Source: Ignavibacteriales bacterium (GTDB lineage Bacteria > Bacillota > Clostridia > Acetivibrionales > UBA4821). From it: a DNA stretch of 64,000 nucleotides. Made by a program: the position numbers and the translations under genes. Below are positions 47,943 through 58,570 of this stretch, piece by piece. Every line of letters starts with the position of its first letter. Within the stretch, counting starts at the first letter, position 1. Where the stretch lies: assembly GCA_050260055.1 (NCBI GenBank), contig JBLNBO010000046.1, forward strand, positions 1,962 through 65,961, written 5' to 3'. The notes below the pieces were generated by a model, which made no database searches, was not told where the DNA came from, and saw nothing but the letters and a program-made list of their open reading frames with translations.

Positions 47943-48057
47943 TACTCATTCCTCCTTTAACGTCTGTTTGTTGAAATAAAAACAAACCATAAACCATGGA
48001 CACATATAATTCCAGATTTTATCATTATCTCATTACAATGTAAATATAAATATATAA

Positions 48058-48094
48058 AACACAAAAAAAGCGCTTAAGCGCTTTTTTTGTGTTT
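48058..48094. terminator. Bidirectional terminator
   Basis: ACACAAAAAAAGCGC TTAA GCGCTTTTTTTGTGT. Confidence 0.85.
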
Positions 48095-48100
48095 TATATA

Positions 48101-48475
48101 TTATAAGTTTGCAACTTTTACTGGCTCTTCGAATAACCCTCGTTTTACCTCTGTTGCAGTCATATGCTCGGCACAGAATTTTTCTGTTAGATAGTTACAT
48201 GAATCCCAAGGATTAATCCTGTCACCACATGTAAACACATCAACAGCCGCATAACCAAGCTCAGGCCAAGTATGAATTGTTAGGTGTGATTCTGATATTA
48301 CTACCACTCCGCTAACACCCTGCGGACTAAATTTATGGAAGGCAACTTCCCTTACCTCTGCTCCAGCCTCTAAAGCTGAATTAACCATAATTCTTTCAAT
48401 TTTGCCTGCATCATTAAGTATATCTGCAGAGCACCCATAAATTTCTGCCAATATATGACGGCCCAAAGTATTCAT
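48101..48475 (-). CDS. speH: S-adenosylmethionine decarboxylase proenzyme (small bacterial SpeH type)
   Basis: GRHILAEIYGC, VVVISESHLTIHTWPE (E-S self-cleavage site), VDVFTCG. Confidence 0.93.
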   Translation of the reverse strand: MNTLGRHILAEIYGCSADILNDAGKIERIMVNSALEAGAEVREVAFHKFSPQGVSGVVVISESHLTIHTWPELGYAAVDVFTCGDRINPWDSCNYLTEKFCAEHMTATEVKRGLFEEPVKVANL

Positions 48476-48685
48476 TTAGGTTCCTCCTTTAAAAAGAAAA
48501 ATTATCAACCACCTTTTCAATATTTTTTAAGGCAATGAAAATATTTTAGCAACTTTTGCTTAAAAGTCAATACTTTTTTATTATATTTTATTATTTTTTA
48601 AAGTTAATATAATTTATTCCTGCTTTCCTCCAAATCTCTCTGTTTTTTATATAAAGATTACATGTTTACTCAAACAATCTTACAT

Positions 48686-49714
48686 TTATTGTATGATTCT
48701 ATTCTGTAAAATTGAATAAATATCAATTATATTATAAAAAATAAATATTAGAATAATTAATATTACGGGCCAGCTTGAAATAATAGAAACAAAATCTCTT
48801 GAAATTGATGTTATCGGTTTCTTAAAGGGCCGGTATTCTTGTTCCGAACTCCCTAGAAAAGTCTTAAACAAAAGTCCCTTACTTGAAGAATTGTATCTTG
48901 GCGTTGTTACAAAATTAAACCCAATAATACAAACTGCAATTACCAGTAAAGCAAAGGCAACAAATATTGATAAAACAAAATATTCAGTCATGGTAGGAAG
49001 CCTCTCGGGCTGCTGGGGCATCGTCCTAGTGATATAATAAATACAAAGGCTGGTACCATTAAAAGTCATATGAGTCAATACTGCCGGAATTATTGAATTG
49101 GATTTCGCTACAAGATATCCTGCAAGAATTGCAATTATGAAAGGCCCTGCAACTCTAACAATTGAAATATGAATGATAGCAAAAAACAAGGCAGTAATTA
49201 CAATTGCTTTTACAGTACCTCTGTTTTCATATGCTTTCAGCACAATTCCCCTGAAAAGTGCCTCTTCACAAATTGCTGGTGTAATAGCAACAAGAAAGAA
49301 ACCAACATAAATATTTAAAGGAATAATATCGCTTACAGTATTATATGGCTTTCCAATAATAATTGTATATATATGATAAACTATCAGTGTTGTGAAGATG
49401 CTTACAACCCAAGCAGCTATAGCCATCAGAACAGTAAGGACCCCCGCAGAAAGATTAATTGGATTCAACCTAAATACTTCCTTAAAGCTCAATTTATTTG
49501 CGATTATAAAAATTATCACGGGAATCAGAATAAAAACGTATTGGTCAATTAATAGCAATACGGTTTTAAATGTTTCATTACTTTTTGAAAGTTCATTAAA
49601 ATCAAAATTAAGCATTAATTCTAATAATGGAATAATAATCTGTGGTAATATTGTAATAAAAAATACCACAATTAAAAGAAGATAGTTTGCATTTTTCACT
49701 TTAACTTTATTCAT
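48686..49714 (-). CDS. CPBP family intramembrane glutamic endopeptidase (CAAX protease-like)
   Basis: ICEEALFRG, FFAIIH, LTHMTFNG motifs. Polytopic. Confidence 0.85.
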   Translation of the reverse strand: MNKVKVKNANYLLLIVVFFITILPQIIIPLLELMLNFDFNELSKSNETFKTVLLLIDQYVFILIPVIIFIIANKLSFKEVFRLNPINLSAGVLTVLMAIAAWVVSIFTTLIVYHIYTIIIGKPYNTVSDIIPLNIYVGFFLVAITPAICEEALFRGIVLKAYENRGTVKAIVITALFFAIIHISIVRVAGPFIIAILAGYLVAKSNSIIPAVLTHMTFNGTSLCIYYITRTMPQQPERLPTMTEYFVLSIFVAFALLVIAVCIIGFNFVTTPRYNSSSKGLLFKTFLGSSEQEYRPFKKPITSISRDFVSIISSWPVILIILIFIFYNIIDIYSILQNRIIQ

Positions 49715-49730
49715 AAAAACTCCTTAAAGG

Positions 49731-50678
49731 TTAAATCCATTTTTTCTTTTTGAAATAAAATAGCATTCCAGTCGAAAGCAATCCCATCATTGTTATGACT
49801 CCATAGTAACCATACTTTAATCTGAGTTCAGGCATAAAGTCAAAATTCATTCCATATATACCCGCAATTAGTGTAAGAGGCAGGAATATTGTGGAAATCA
49901 TTGTAAATACCTTCATTGTCTGATTAAGCTGATTAGAAGTCTCAGATTCATATGCTTCCCTTAAGCTTGCAATAAATTGGTATAACTCGCTGATATCGCT
50001 GTCAAGCTTAGCAAACTTAATATCAATATTATTAAAGTATTTAATCATATCCTCATTAATGATTCCATTTTCATTTAAAAGCAAAACATCACTAATATAT
50101 GTAAGATAATTTAAATATCTTCTTACTTTAAAAACCTGTCTCCTCATGGTAATAAGCTCATTAACCATTACAGTTTTGCCTAGTTTCAGGACTTTCTCTT
50201 CCTGCGCTTCAATTCTTCTTTCCAGCTCTCTAATTACACCTAGACTTTTTTGCACCAATCTGTCAAATATCAAATAAAGCACCTTGTTTGTAGGATTCGG
50301 CATACCTTTTAATAACACTTCAGTTTTGCTTAAAAGTTCTCCTTCAATACTTTTAATCAAATCGTTTTCATCATTAGAGGAAATAATTAAATAATTCCTT
50401 CCAACATATAGTGCAGCCGGCTGCACTATAACTTTTCCCTCAACCATGCTTGGAATATTTAATGCAATAGCATAATAATTATTTTCTGTTTCTATTCCTA
50501 GATTATACTTTCTATTCATATAATCAGCATTTAAGCAAGTTTTTATATCAAATTTCCCACCAATAATATCGAATTCACTTTCATGAATTATTAGAAAGTA
50601 ATGCTTTAAATTGTCAATATTCTCATTTTGCACATTAAAATGCTTAATATTCTCGCCGTCAAAAAAATATGACCTCAT
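49731..50678 (-). CDS. corA: CorA family magnesium/cobalt transporter
   Basis: 315 aa. C-terminal two TM helices with the YGMNF signature. Confidence 0.9.
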   Translation of the reverse strand: MRSYFFDGENIKHFNVQNENIDNLKHYFLIIHESEFDIIGGKFDIKTCLNADYMNRKYNLGIETENNYYAIALNIPSMVEGKVIVQPAALYVGRNYLIISSNDENDLIKSIEGELLSKTEVLLKGMPNPTNKVLYLIFDRLVQKSLGVIRELERRIEAQEEKVLKLGKTVMVNELITMRRQVFKVRRYLNYLTYISDVLLLNENGIINEDMIKYFNNIDIKFAKLDSDISELYQFIASLREAYESETSNQLNQTMKVFTMISTIFLPLTLIAGIYGMNFDFMPELRLKYGYYGVITMMGLLSTGMLFYFKKKKWI

Positions 50679-50691
50679 TTTAATACCTCCC

Positions 50692-51267
50692 TCAAACCGT
50701 TATTATCCTTTTTTCGGTAATTATCATATCCATCTTTATATCATTCTCTTCAGAAGGAATATTCTCTAACACTTGAAAATCATAAGCCAAGGCAATCTTT
50801 GCAACCTTTTTTGATATATTTGACAGGAAGCTGTCATAGTATCCTTTGCCATATCCTATTCTATTTAAACTCAAATCAAACGCCACTCCAGGAATTATTA
50901 TTACCTCAGCATCCTGCTGTGAAACAAGTCCTACAGGATTTGGTATAGGCTCCAATATTCCATATCTTCCAACCATTAAGTCCTCATTCATATCAAAGAT
51001 TCTATAAAATTCTAGTTCAATAGAATCTTTTTTAGTCAGCGGCAGACATATATCTTTTTCTTCATTAATAATATCTTGTATTAGACTGGAAGTAGACACC
51101 TCATTTTTCGAACCGGCATAAGCAAATATAACTTTTGATTGTTTGAACTGCTCAAGTTCCCTAAGTTTTGAGCAAATAATCCTGCTGTATTCATTTATTT
51201 CTTTCTGGGTTAATAAATTCCGCCGGTTTAAAAGTGTTTTTCTGACTTCATTTTTAGTACTATTCAT
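50692..51267 (-). CDS. 5-formyltetrahydrofolate cyclo-ligase
   Basis: KNEVRKTLLNRRNLL..., GVAFDLSLNRIGYGKGYYD. Confidence 0.88.
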   Translation of the reverse strand: MNSTKNEVRKTLLNRRNLLTQKEINEYSRIICSKLRELEQFKQSKVIFAYAGSKNEVSTSSLIQDIINEEKDICLPLTKKDSIELEFYRIFDMNEDLMVGRYGILEPIPNPVGLVSQQDAEVIIIPGVAFDLSLNRIGYGKGYYDSFLSNISKKVAKIALAYDFQVLENIPSEENDIKMDMIITEKRIITV

Positions 51268-51294
51268 TTGATAAACTATCCTCCATAATGCAGC

Positions 51295-51990
51295 TTATGG
51301 TATTATACAGACTGATTTTAGAAAAGCTAATGGTATTGATAAATTTACTGCTCCTAAAAAATATCTTGAAAACAAATATAAGCATCCCAATATGCAAAAT
51401 ATCCCAACAATTGAAACTAGCTTCTTCTTTATCTTAGATTGAAATTCAAAAATAGAAACTACCGAATCAGCTATCATATAAAACATTGCTAACAAACCGG
51501 AAATCAAAAGCAAGCTGACAAAGAACCAGAGAATAATACCTTTATAAATAAAATATAGCAACAAAATCATAAAAAATAATGGAATTAATAATTCTTTCAA
51601 ACAACTAAAAGGCGGAATTTTACTATTATTATCTGGATGATAATTTCTAGCCACAGTAAAAAAAATAGCAAGCGGAAATCCAAAGAATCCGCCTGTCATC
51701 AGCCTGGTTAGATTATCCGAGTATCTTAGTCCAATATATGAAGTTGTGCCATCGATTATCATAGGAAACATCATTAGAATTAAAAGCAGTGCATGTTTAA
51801 CTTTTGGCGGCCAATCTGCATGGAATCTTTTCCTTGCAGTTAGAAAAATTATTCCTGAAATTACTCCGATATATATTCCAGTATCTCTAGCACAAGCCGG
51901 CAATGGAATATTATCAATAATCAGGGTTCTTTCTGGTATTTGATGGCACACAAGCGAACCCATAAATCTAAAAAAGTTCTCAAGAAACAT
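51295..51990 (-). CDS. DUF2085 family membrane protein
   Basis: CHQIPERT motif. Polytopic. Confidence 0.75.
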   Translation of the reverse strand: MFLENFFRFMGSLVCHQIPERTLIIDNIPLPACARDTGIYIGVISGIIFLTARKRFHADWPPKVKHALLLILMMFPMIIDGTTSYIGLRYSDNLTRLMTGGFFGFPLAIFFTVARNYHPDNNSKIPPFSCLKELLIPLFFMILLLYFIYKGIILWFFVSLLLISGLLAMFYMIADSVVSIFEFQSKIKKKLVSIVGIFCILGCLYLFSRYFLGAVNLSIPLAFLKSVCIIP

Positions 51991-52001
51991 TCTATCTACC
52001 T

Positions 52002-52481
52002 TTACTTTAACCTTAAATCCGGATTTGACATCATTACACTATAGACAACCAGCCCGTAGAGTATACAGCATATACTGATTACTGCAAAAATAATAAGTGA
52101 AGTAACCATCAATGCCTTTCCAAAAGATCTGCGGTCTGAATCTGTTTCATCAGACATAAATACTATAGCTATTATTATTCCAATAAGCTGGCCAAACCCT
52201 GGAATTGTGCACGATAGTGCTGTAAGAAAAACCTTTTTTGCATTGCTAAGCGGTTTCTGTGATATTGGATTATTTCTAACCTCAGAGGAAATTCCTGTAT
52301 TACCCATACTAGATTGCTGGTTTTCTTTTTCACCGCTTACTGATTCTTCAGAAACACTTGCATTCTCTTCCCCTGTAATTACTTCTTTTGGGACTTCGCT
52401 TACGATGCTTCCGCAAAATGGGCACCGTCTAGTATTAATATGTATTGATTCGCCGCAGTATTCGCACTTTTTCTTGTCCAA
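52002..52481 (-). CDS. Zinc-ribbon domain membrane protein
   Basis: CEYCGESI..RRCPFCGS zinc ribbon, a disordered linker and two TM helices. Confidence 0.65.
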   Translation of the reverse strand: MDKKKCEYCGESIHINTRRCPFCGSIVSEVPKEVITGEENASVSEESVSGEKENQQSSMGNTGISSEVRNNPISQKPLSNAKKVFLTALSCTIPGFGQLIGIIIAIVFMSDETDSDRRSFGKALMVTSLIIFAVISICCILYGLVVYSVMMSNPDLRLK

Positions 52482-52519
52482 GATTTATCCCCTCTTCCAA
52501 ATAAGTTGATATTTTATAA

Positions 52520-54100
52520 TCAAAAATTCAAATTACTTATGAACATTTCCTGAAAATCCTTATCTCTTCCAATATCATAATACTCAACTTGCCGCTGTAT
52601 TTTTAAGCATTTCTCGGTTAATTGATTATCTATCAGGCATTTCTCTGCACCTTTTATAGATGAATTTCCTACTATTACTATTTTATCCTTTAAAGGTTCA
52701 GGAATCAAACCAATTTTAATTGCATTATTAATATCTAAAAAAGTTCCAAAATTGCCTGCAATATATAGTTTATCCACATCTTTATAATCTATATTCAACC
52801 TTTTCATAATTAGATTTATTCCCGTAATAACAGCTGACTTTGCCAATTGAACCTTTCTTACGTCTTCTTGTGTAAATATAACTTGATTTTCACCTCGAGC
52901 AATTAAGAAAGCCGGCATACCTTTATATTCAATTACTTTTGAATTAGCAGATTCATCAGCGCTAATCATTCGTCCGTTTAGCTGAATGATTTCTTCTTGA
53001 AGCAATACTGCAGTCATATCAATAATTCCCGAACCACAGATAGATTTGGGCGGTATATTACCTATGGTTGAATACTCAACATCTCCGTCATGTAAGAATA
53101 CTTTATCGATCGCTCCTTTAACATTAATACTGCCGCATCTTATGCTCGCACCTTCGAATGCGGGACCAGCCGCAGTTGAACACCCAACCATCCTGGATTT
53201 ATTCCCTGCAACAATCTCTCCATTGGTCCCTATATCTAATAAAATGCTCATTTTTTCATTTTCAAATAATCTGGTTTCTAAAAGTCCCGAAACAATATCT
53301 GCTCCTAAAAATGCAGAAATGCAAGGAAGAATCAAAACTTCCGAGTCTTTTGCAATATTCAATCCTATTTTTTCCCCATTTTTAATTAAAACCCCAATAT
53401 TTTTTGCTTGGTATGGATACACACCTAATGATTGCACATCAAAGCCTAAAAACATATGCAGCATTACCGTATTCCCTGAAACTACCATCTTTGAAATACA
53501 ACTTTCTTTAAGCCCCAGACTTTTTAACGATAGAGAAATCAACCAATTAACAGCTGAAACCACCAACCCCTGCATTTCCTTGAGCTTTGACGGATTGCTC
53601 TCAACATATGCGATTCTGGATATGACATCTGCCCCATTAGCAATCTGAGGATTCATGGCGGACTCTGTACTGATTAGTTCTCCTGAAACCAAGTTAATAA
53701 TAGATAAAACAATTGTTGTAGTTCCAATATCTACCGCCGCACCAATTTTCCCAGTCCTATGCTTGGCCGAATAAATTGGTGCTGTTTGTTCAGCCTTCTC
53801 AAAAGGCCCCCCAATCCATATTTTCATCCCATTTACTGCTGGAATATGGCATGCAAGCCTTATGCCATTTTTTATTTCTTGTTCATCAAGATGCTTTCTC
53901 TCATCTTCATTAATATCTATGCTTATAGGCATCGATACCTTAACCTTGCATTTCCCGCATTTCCCAATTCCGCCGCATACTGCAGGAATAAAAAATCCCA
54001 AGGACTTTAAGGCTTGTAATACCGAATCCCCTTGACTGACTTCGTATTCAGTTGAATATTCATTTTCAATAACAGTGATTTTAATAAATGAATCATTCAT
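52520..54100 (-). CDS. RACo-like corrinoid reductive activase family protein (2Fe-2S ferredoxin plus ASKHA/DUF4445 ATPase)
   Basis: N-terminal CGGIGKCGKCKV 2Fe-2S domain, then actin-fold phosphate motifs (AAVDIGTTTIV, LLDIGTNGEIV). ATG at 54100 with an AGAGGA Shine-Dalgarno. Confidence 0.75.
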   Translation of the reverse strand: MNDSFIKITVIENEYSTEYEVSQGDSVLQALKSLGFFIPAVCGGIGKCGKCKVKVSMPISIDINEDERKHLDEQEIKNGIRLACHIPAVNGMKIWIGGPFEKAEQTAPIYSAKHRTGKIGAAVDIGTTTIVLSIINLVSGELISTESAMNPQIANGADVISRIAYVESNPSKLKEMQGLVVSAVNWLISLSLKSLGLKESCISKMVVSGNTVMLHMFLGFDVQSLGVYPYQAKNIGVLIKNGEKIGLNIAKDSEVLILPCISAFLGADIVSGLLETRLFENEKMSILLDIGTNGEIVAGNKSRMVGCSTAAGPAFEGASIRCGSINVKGAIDKVFLHDGDVEYSTIGNIPPKSICGSGIIDMTAVLLQEEIIQLNGRMISADESANSKVIEYKGMPAFLIARGENQVIFTQEDVRKVQLAKSAVITGINLIMKRLNIDYKDVDKLYIAGNFGTFLDINNAIKIGLIPEPLKDKIVIVGNSSIKGAEKCLIDNQLTEKCLKIQRQVEYYDIGRDKDFQEMFISNLNF

Positions 54101-54144
54101 AAGGAATCCTCTATTCTTAGAAGGAATCACGGGCAGATCACCAA

Positions 54145-54909
54145 CTAGATTCCCATTATATTAAACCCTGAATCCACCATAATTACTTCTCCGGTAATAG
54201 CTCTGGACATATTGCTCAAAAGGAATGATACGACATCTCCCACTTCCTTTATATCAATATTTCTTCTCAACGGAGATTTCTTCTCTACTGCATCTAAAAT
54301 TAAATCCAAATCTTTAACCCCTCTTGCAGAAAGAGTTTTAATCGGACCAGGCGAAACTGCATTTACCCTTATCCCTTGCGGACCCAAATCATTCGCAAGA
54401 TATCTGACACTGCACTCAAGAGCTGCCTTTGCAACTCCCATAACATTATAATTCGGCATTACTCTTTCAGAGCCTAAATAAGAAAGAGTAACAATTGAGC
54501 CTCCTTCACCCATAACTTCTTCAGCTTTATTTGAAACAGCCACGAGGGAAAATACACTTACGTTGTTTGCATGGGCGAATCCTTCCCTTGAAGTATGTAT
54601 GAACTGCTCCTGCAAATCTTCTACCTTTGCATTTGCTATGCTGTGCAATATCCCATGTATCACGCCATAATCCTTTTTTAGCTGTTCGAATAGTTTACTT
54701 ATATCATCATCATTTCCTACATCGCATTTATACATTTTTGAACCAGGAATAGATTTTGCGAGCTTTTCAATGTTTTCCTTTTTTTCTTCCGAGCGATATG
54801 TAAAAATCAGGTTCGCACCTTGCTCACTAGCAGATTGTGCAGCCCCCCATGCAATACTCCACTTGTTTCTAAGTCCCATTATTAAAATATTTTTATCTTT
54901 TAAAATCAT
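54145..54909 (-). CDS. fabI: Enoyl-[acyl-carrier-protein] reductase (NADH) FabI
   Basis: KNILIMGLRNKWSIAWG, YNVMGVAKAALE (Y-x6-K), SPGPIKTLSA. Confidence 0.93.
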   Translation of the reverse strand: MILKDKNILIMGLRNKWSIAWGAAQSASEQGANLIFTYRSEEKKENIEKLAKSIPGSKMYKCDVGNDDDISKLFEQLKKDYGVIHGILHSIANAKVEDLQEQFIHTSREGFAHANNVSVFSLVAVSNKAEEVMGEGGSIVTLSYLGSERVMPNYNVMGVAKAALECSVRYLANDLGPQGIRVNAVSPGPIKTLSARGVKDLDLILDAVEKKSPLRRNIDIKEVGDVVSFLLSNMSRAITGEVIMVDSGFNIMGI

Positions 54910-55081
54910 GTAAAGCCTCCCAAATATTTTTCTTGGCATCAATCTTTTTCATATTTTATCAAAATACTATCATACACATTAATTAAATTCAAATCAAAAT
55001 CTATTCTAAGCATGTATTGAAGATATATGCAAAAATCTGTATACTATAATTGAAAAATCATAATCTGATTTGGAGGAAAAT

Positions 55082-55792
55082 ATGGCTAAAGAATTAATAT
55101 ATGTAGTGGAAGACGAACAGCATATCCAGCAATTGATAAAGTACAATCTTGAAACAACCGGGTTCAAAGTCTCGGTATTTAATGATGGAGAATCTGCATT
55201 AGAAAACTATGAACTTGATAAGCCTGATATGTTTATACTTGATATAATGCTTCCCGGAATTGATGGTCTGGAAATATGCAAAAAACTTCGCACCAATCCA
55301 AAAACAAAGAATGTTCCTATAATAATGCTTACTGCTAAGGGTGAAGAATTTGACAGGGTTTTGGGATTAGAACTTGGGGCTGATGATTATATTACCAAAC
55401 CGTTTAGTGTCCGCGAATTGATTGCACGCGTAAAAGCTTTATTCAGAAGGACCTATTCTATTTCAAATGTTGAAGATTCATTGATTAAGTGCGGAGATAT
55501 AGTAATAGATTGCAGCAGGCACGAGGTAACCAAAAAGGGTGTTAAAATCGAACTGCCTCTTAAAGAATATGAACTTCTAAAGCTTTTGGCATTGAATCCT
55601 GGAATTGTTATGTCAAGAGAGCTTTTGCTCGAAAAGATTTGGGGGTTTGATTACTTTGGAGAAACTAGAACCGTGGATGTACATATTAGATATCTCAGAC
55701 AAAAAATCGAGGATGACGACAGCAATCCCACATATATAGAGACAGTACGGGGAATTGGATATAAATTTGCCGATAAGGGTGACAAACAGTGA
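55082..55792 (+). CDS. OmpR/PhoB family response regulator
   Basis: Receiver domain (DMFILDIMLPGIDG, MLTAKGE) plus winged helix (VRGIGYKF). GGAGG Shine-Dalgarno. Confidence 0.92.
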   Translation: MAKELIYVVEDEQHIQQLIKYNLETTGFKVSVFNDGESALENYELDKPDMFILDIMLPGIDGLEICKKLRTNPKTKNVPIIMLTAKGEEFDRVLGLELGADDYITKPFSVRELIARVKALFRRTYSISNVEDSLIKCGDIVIDCSRHEVTKKGVKIELPLKEYELLKLLALNPGIVMSRELLLEKIWGFDYFGETRTVDVHIRYLRQKIEDDDSNPTYIETVRGIGYKFADKGDKQ

Positions 55793-56808
55793 AACATTAT
55801 GAACTAATTGTAAACAGTATATCAAATGGTATAATCGCTGTAGACAAGAATCTAAAAACAATTCTAGTTAATCCTTTTGCATGTTCAATTCTGGATATTC
55901 CCTCCGAACAGCATATCTTGAATATTAAGATTCAAGATATAATAAATGATGAGGGAATCTGCAACCTTCTTGAAAAATCAATAATTGAAGATTGCAGTTT
56001 TTCTGAAGAAGTAACCTTAGATAACAACTCAAAAATTCTAAGCATAACAATAAATCCTATTAAATCCGATTCGAATATTATTGGCGCAGTCCTTTTTATT
56101 CAAGATATAACCAAAATGAGAAATTTAGAAAAAATAGGACAGGAATTTGTTTCAAATGTTTCGCATGAACTTAAAACCCCTCTAACCTCTATAAGAGGCT
56201 TTATTGAAACACTAAAAAACGGTGCAATCAATGACCATGCAGTTGCATACAAATTCCTAGATATTATTGATATAGAAGCTGAAAGGCTTTTTTTCCTTAT
56301 TAATGACATTCTTGCCCTTTCAGAAATCGAAACCATGAAACAAGATGCAGCAATCTCAAGCATTGCAATCGAAGAGATTATCAACGATTCTATCACTGTA
56401 CTTCAATGCCAGGCAGAAAAGAAAAGCATTTCAATCTATTATGATATAGAACCAAACTTAAAATTAAAGGTTAGTAAACATAAATTGATGCAGCTTGTCT
56501 TGAACTTAATGGATAATTCGATAAAATACTCTCCAGATTACAGCTGGATAAAAATCAAAGCCCATAAAACAAAAAACTCTATTGTAATGTCATTCAAAGA
56601 TTCAGGTATCGGCATACCAAAAGAACATCAGACACGAATCTTCGAAAGATTCTACCGTGTTGATAAAGGCCGTTCTAGAAGCCTTGGCGGAACAGGTTTG
56701 GGGCTGTCGATAGTCAAACATATTGTTGATATCTATAATGGCAAAATTGCCCTTGACAGCGAGGTAGGAAAAGGCTCTGAATTCATTATTACCTTTCCTA
56801 TCAAATAA
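55789..56808 (+). CDS. Cytoplasmic PAS-domain sensor histidine kinase (PhoR-like core, no TM segment)
   Basis: H-box FVSNVSHELKTPLTSI. N/G boxes DSGIGIP and GGTGLGLSIV. The GTGA overlap joins it to the response regulator stop. Confidence 0.88.
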   Translation: MKHYELIVNSISNGIIAVDKNLKTILVNPFACSILDIPSEQHILNIKIQDIINDEGICNLLEKSIIEDCSFSEEVTLDNNSKILSITINPIKSDSNIIGAVLFIQDITKMRNLEKIGQEFVSNVSHELKTPLTSIRGFIETLKNGAINDHAVAYKFLDIIDIEAERLFFLINDILALSEIETMKQDAAISSIAIEEIINDSITVLQCQAEKKSISIYYDIEPNLKLKVSKHKLMQLVLNLMDNSIKYSPDYSWIKIKAHKTKNSIVMSFKDSGIGIPKEHQTRIFERFYRVDKGRSRSLGGTGLGLSIVKHIVDIYNGKIALDSEVGKGSEFIITFPIK

Positions 56809-56868
56809 TCATTGTTTAACTGTAAGCTGATTACTATGAGCATGGCAGTATTAATTGGAGGTACAAGC

Positions 56869-57768
56869 TTGAAAATAAAAAATGCTTTGACAATATTCTT
56901 AATATTAACAATTATATTCTCTGCTGGTTGTGCCCGCAGAACTCAAAACCATCCGCAAAACTTGCAGAACAAGCTGTCAATTGCAACTTCATTTTATCCT
57001 ATTTATATATTAACGCTTAACGTTACAAAAGATATTGAAGGTGTAACAGTAACAAATATCTCGAAGCCGCAGACAGGATGCCTGCATGATTATCAGTTGA
57101 CTACTGATGATTTATCCATATTGGAGGACTCTCAGATTTTCATTATAAATGGCGCTGGAATGGAATCTTTTATAGATAAGGTTATCTCACAAATCCCAAA
57201 TATAAAAATAGTCAATTCTACCAAGGGTATTTCATTAATCAAAAATTCAGATGGAAAAACTGATAACCCCCATGCATGGCTGGATATAAACAATGCTATT
57301 AAGCAGGTCGAAAATATTGGCAATCAGTTGGCTGAAATTGATAAACCCAATGCTGATAAATATCGTCAAAATGTCAATAATTATATTAAGAAGCTTAAAA
57401 ATTTAGAAAATGAAATTAAAAACCAGCTATATGGAGTTAAAAACCGTGATATAATTACATTTCACGAAGCATTCCCTTACTTTGCAAAAGAATTTGGACT
57501 AAACATAGCAGCAGTTATCGAACGCGAACCAGGTTCTGAGCCAAGTGCTGGAGAATTAGCCGAAATAATAACAACAGTAAAAAATTTAAACATAGGGATA
57601 ATTTTCGCTGAGCCGCAGTATTCTGCAAAATCAGCCCAAACTATAGCCCGGGAAACAGGCGCAAAGCTATATACGCTTGATCCGATTGTAACCGGGCCCA
57701 ATGATGCTGATGCGTATATAAGTATAATGAAAAGAAATTTAGAAGTCTTAAAATCAGCACTTAAATAG
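56869..57768 (+). CDS. Metal (Zn/Mn-type) ABC transporter substrate-binding lipoprotein, cluster A-I/TroA fold
   Basis: Lipobox IFSAGC. HDYQLT, NPHAWLD, FHEAFPYFAKEF. TTG at 56869 after a GGAGG Shine-Dalgarno. Confidence 0.85.
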   Translation: MKIKNALTIFLILTIIFSAGCARRTQNHPQNLQNKLSIATSFYPIYILTLNVTKDIEGVTVTNISKPQTGCLHDYQLTTDDLSILEDSQIFIINGAGMESFIDKVISQIPNIKIVNSTKGISLIKNSDGKTDNPHAWLDINNAIKQVENIGNQLAEIDKPNADKYRQNVNNYIKKLKNLENEIKNQLYGVKNRDIITFHEAFPYFAKEFGLNIAAVIEREPGSEPSAGELAEIITTVKNLNIGIIFAEPQYSAKSAQTIARETGAKLYTLDPIVTGPNDADAYISIMKRNLEVLKSALK

Positions 57769-57778
57769 GAGCGAAAAA

Positions 57779-58570
57779 TTGAGTGAAGAATACACTGCTA
57801 ATCCAAGAAATTCTTGTGGATTATGTTGTACAAAAATTGAAAACATAGGAATTACCAGAGGCGGAAAAGATATACTTAAAGAGGTAAACCTGCACATCCA
57901 CTGTGGAGAAATGACTGCATTGATTGGCCCTAATGGGGCAGGCAAAAGCACTCTGCTCAAGGCAATTCTTGGAGAGATTAAACATACTGGGTGCCTTCAT
58001 TTCCTTGACCATAAAGGGAAACATACCGGACATCCTGTTATTGGTTATGTTCCTCAACATCTTTATTTCGATAGAAATTCTCCAGTGAGTGTCCTTGATT
58101 TCTTTTGTGCTGTAAAATCAAAAATTCCAATATGGTTTATGGAAAGTAGTTCTTTAAAGGAAGAAATAAGAAAAAGTCTTGAAAGAGTTCATGCTGACCA
58201 TTTATTGAATAAAAAATTAGGCTACCTTTCCGGTGGAGAACTTCAAAGGGTTCTTTTAGCACTTTCGATTGACCCGATTCCTGATATCCTTCTTTTGGAC
58301 GAACCTGTATCCGGTATTGACCAAAAAGGCATGGAAGTATTCTATCAGACCGTCTCTGAATTAAGAGAGAATTTTGATATGTCAATAATCTTAGTTTCTC
58401 ATGATTTTTCACTTGTAGCTGAATACTCTGACAGGGTTGCTCTGCTTGATAAGACAATTTTAAGCTGTGGTAAGCCATCCGAAGTATTTAGCAGTAAAGA
58501 ATTCATCAATATTTTTGGAGAAGTATGGTCTCGTGGGTTATTTGACGGCAAGGGGGGGAATCATCAATAA
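57779..58570 (+). CDS. Metal ABC transporter ATP-binding protein (ZnuC-like)
   Basis: GPNGAGKSTL, LSGGELQRVLLA, LLLDEP. Confidence 0.9.
   Translation: MSEEYTANPRNSCGLCCTKIENIGITRGGKDILKEVNLHIHCGEMTALIGPNGAGKSTLLKAILGEIKHTGCLHFLDHKGKHTGHPVIGYVPQHLYFDRNSPVSVLDFFCAVKSKIPIWFMESSSLKEEIRKSLERVHADHLLNKKLGYLSGGELQRVLLALSIDPIPDILLLDEPVSGIDQKGMEVFYQTVSELRENFDMSIILVSHDFSLVAEYSDRVALLDKTILSCGKPSEVFSSKEFINIFGEVWSRGLFDGKGGNHQ

Noticed and set aside
53046-53648. 200-aa plus-strand ORF antisense to the RACo-like gene
   Set aside because: It is a shadow ORF inside a gene with clear 2Fe-2S and ASKHA motifs on the minus strand.
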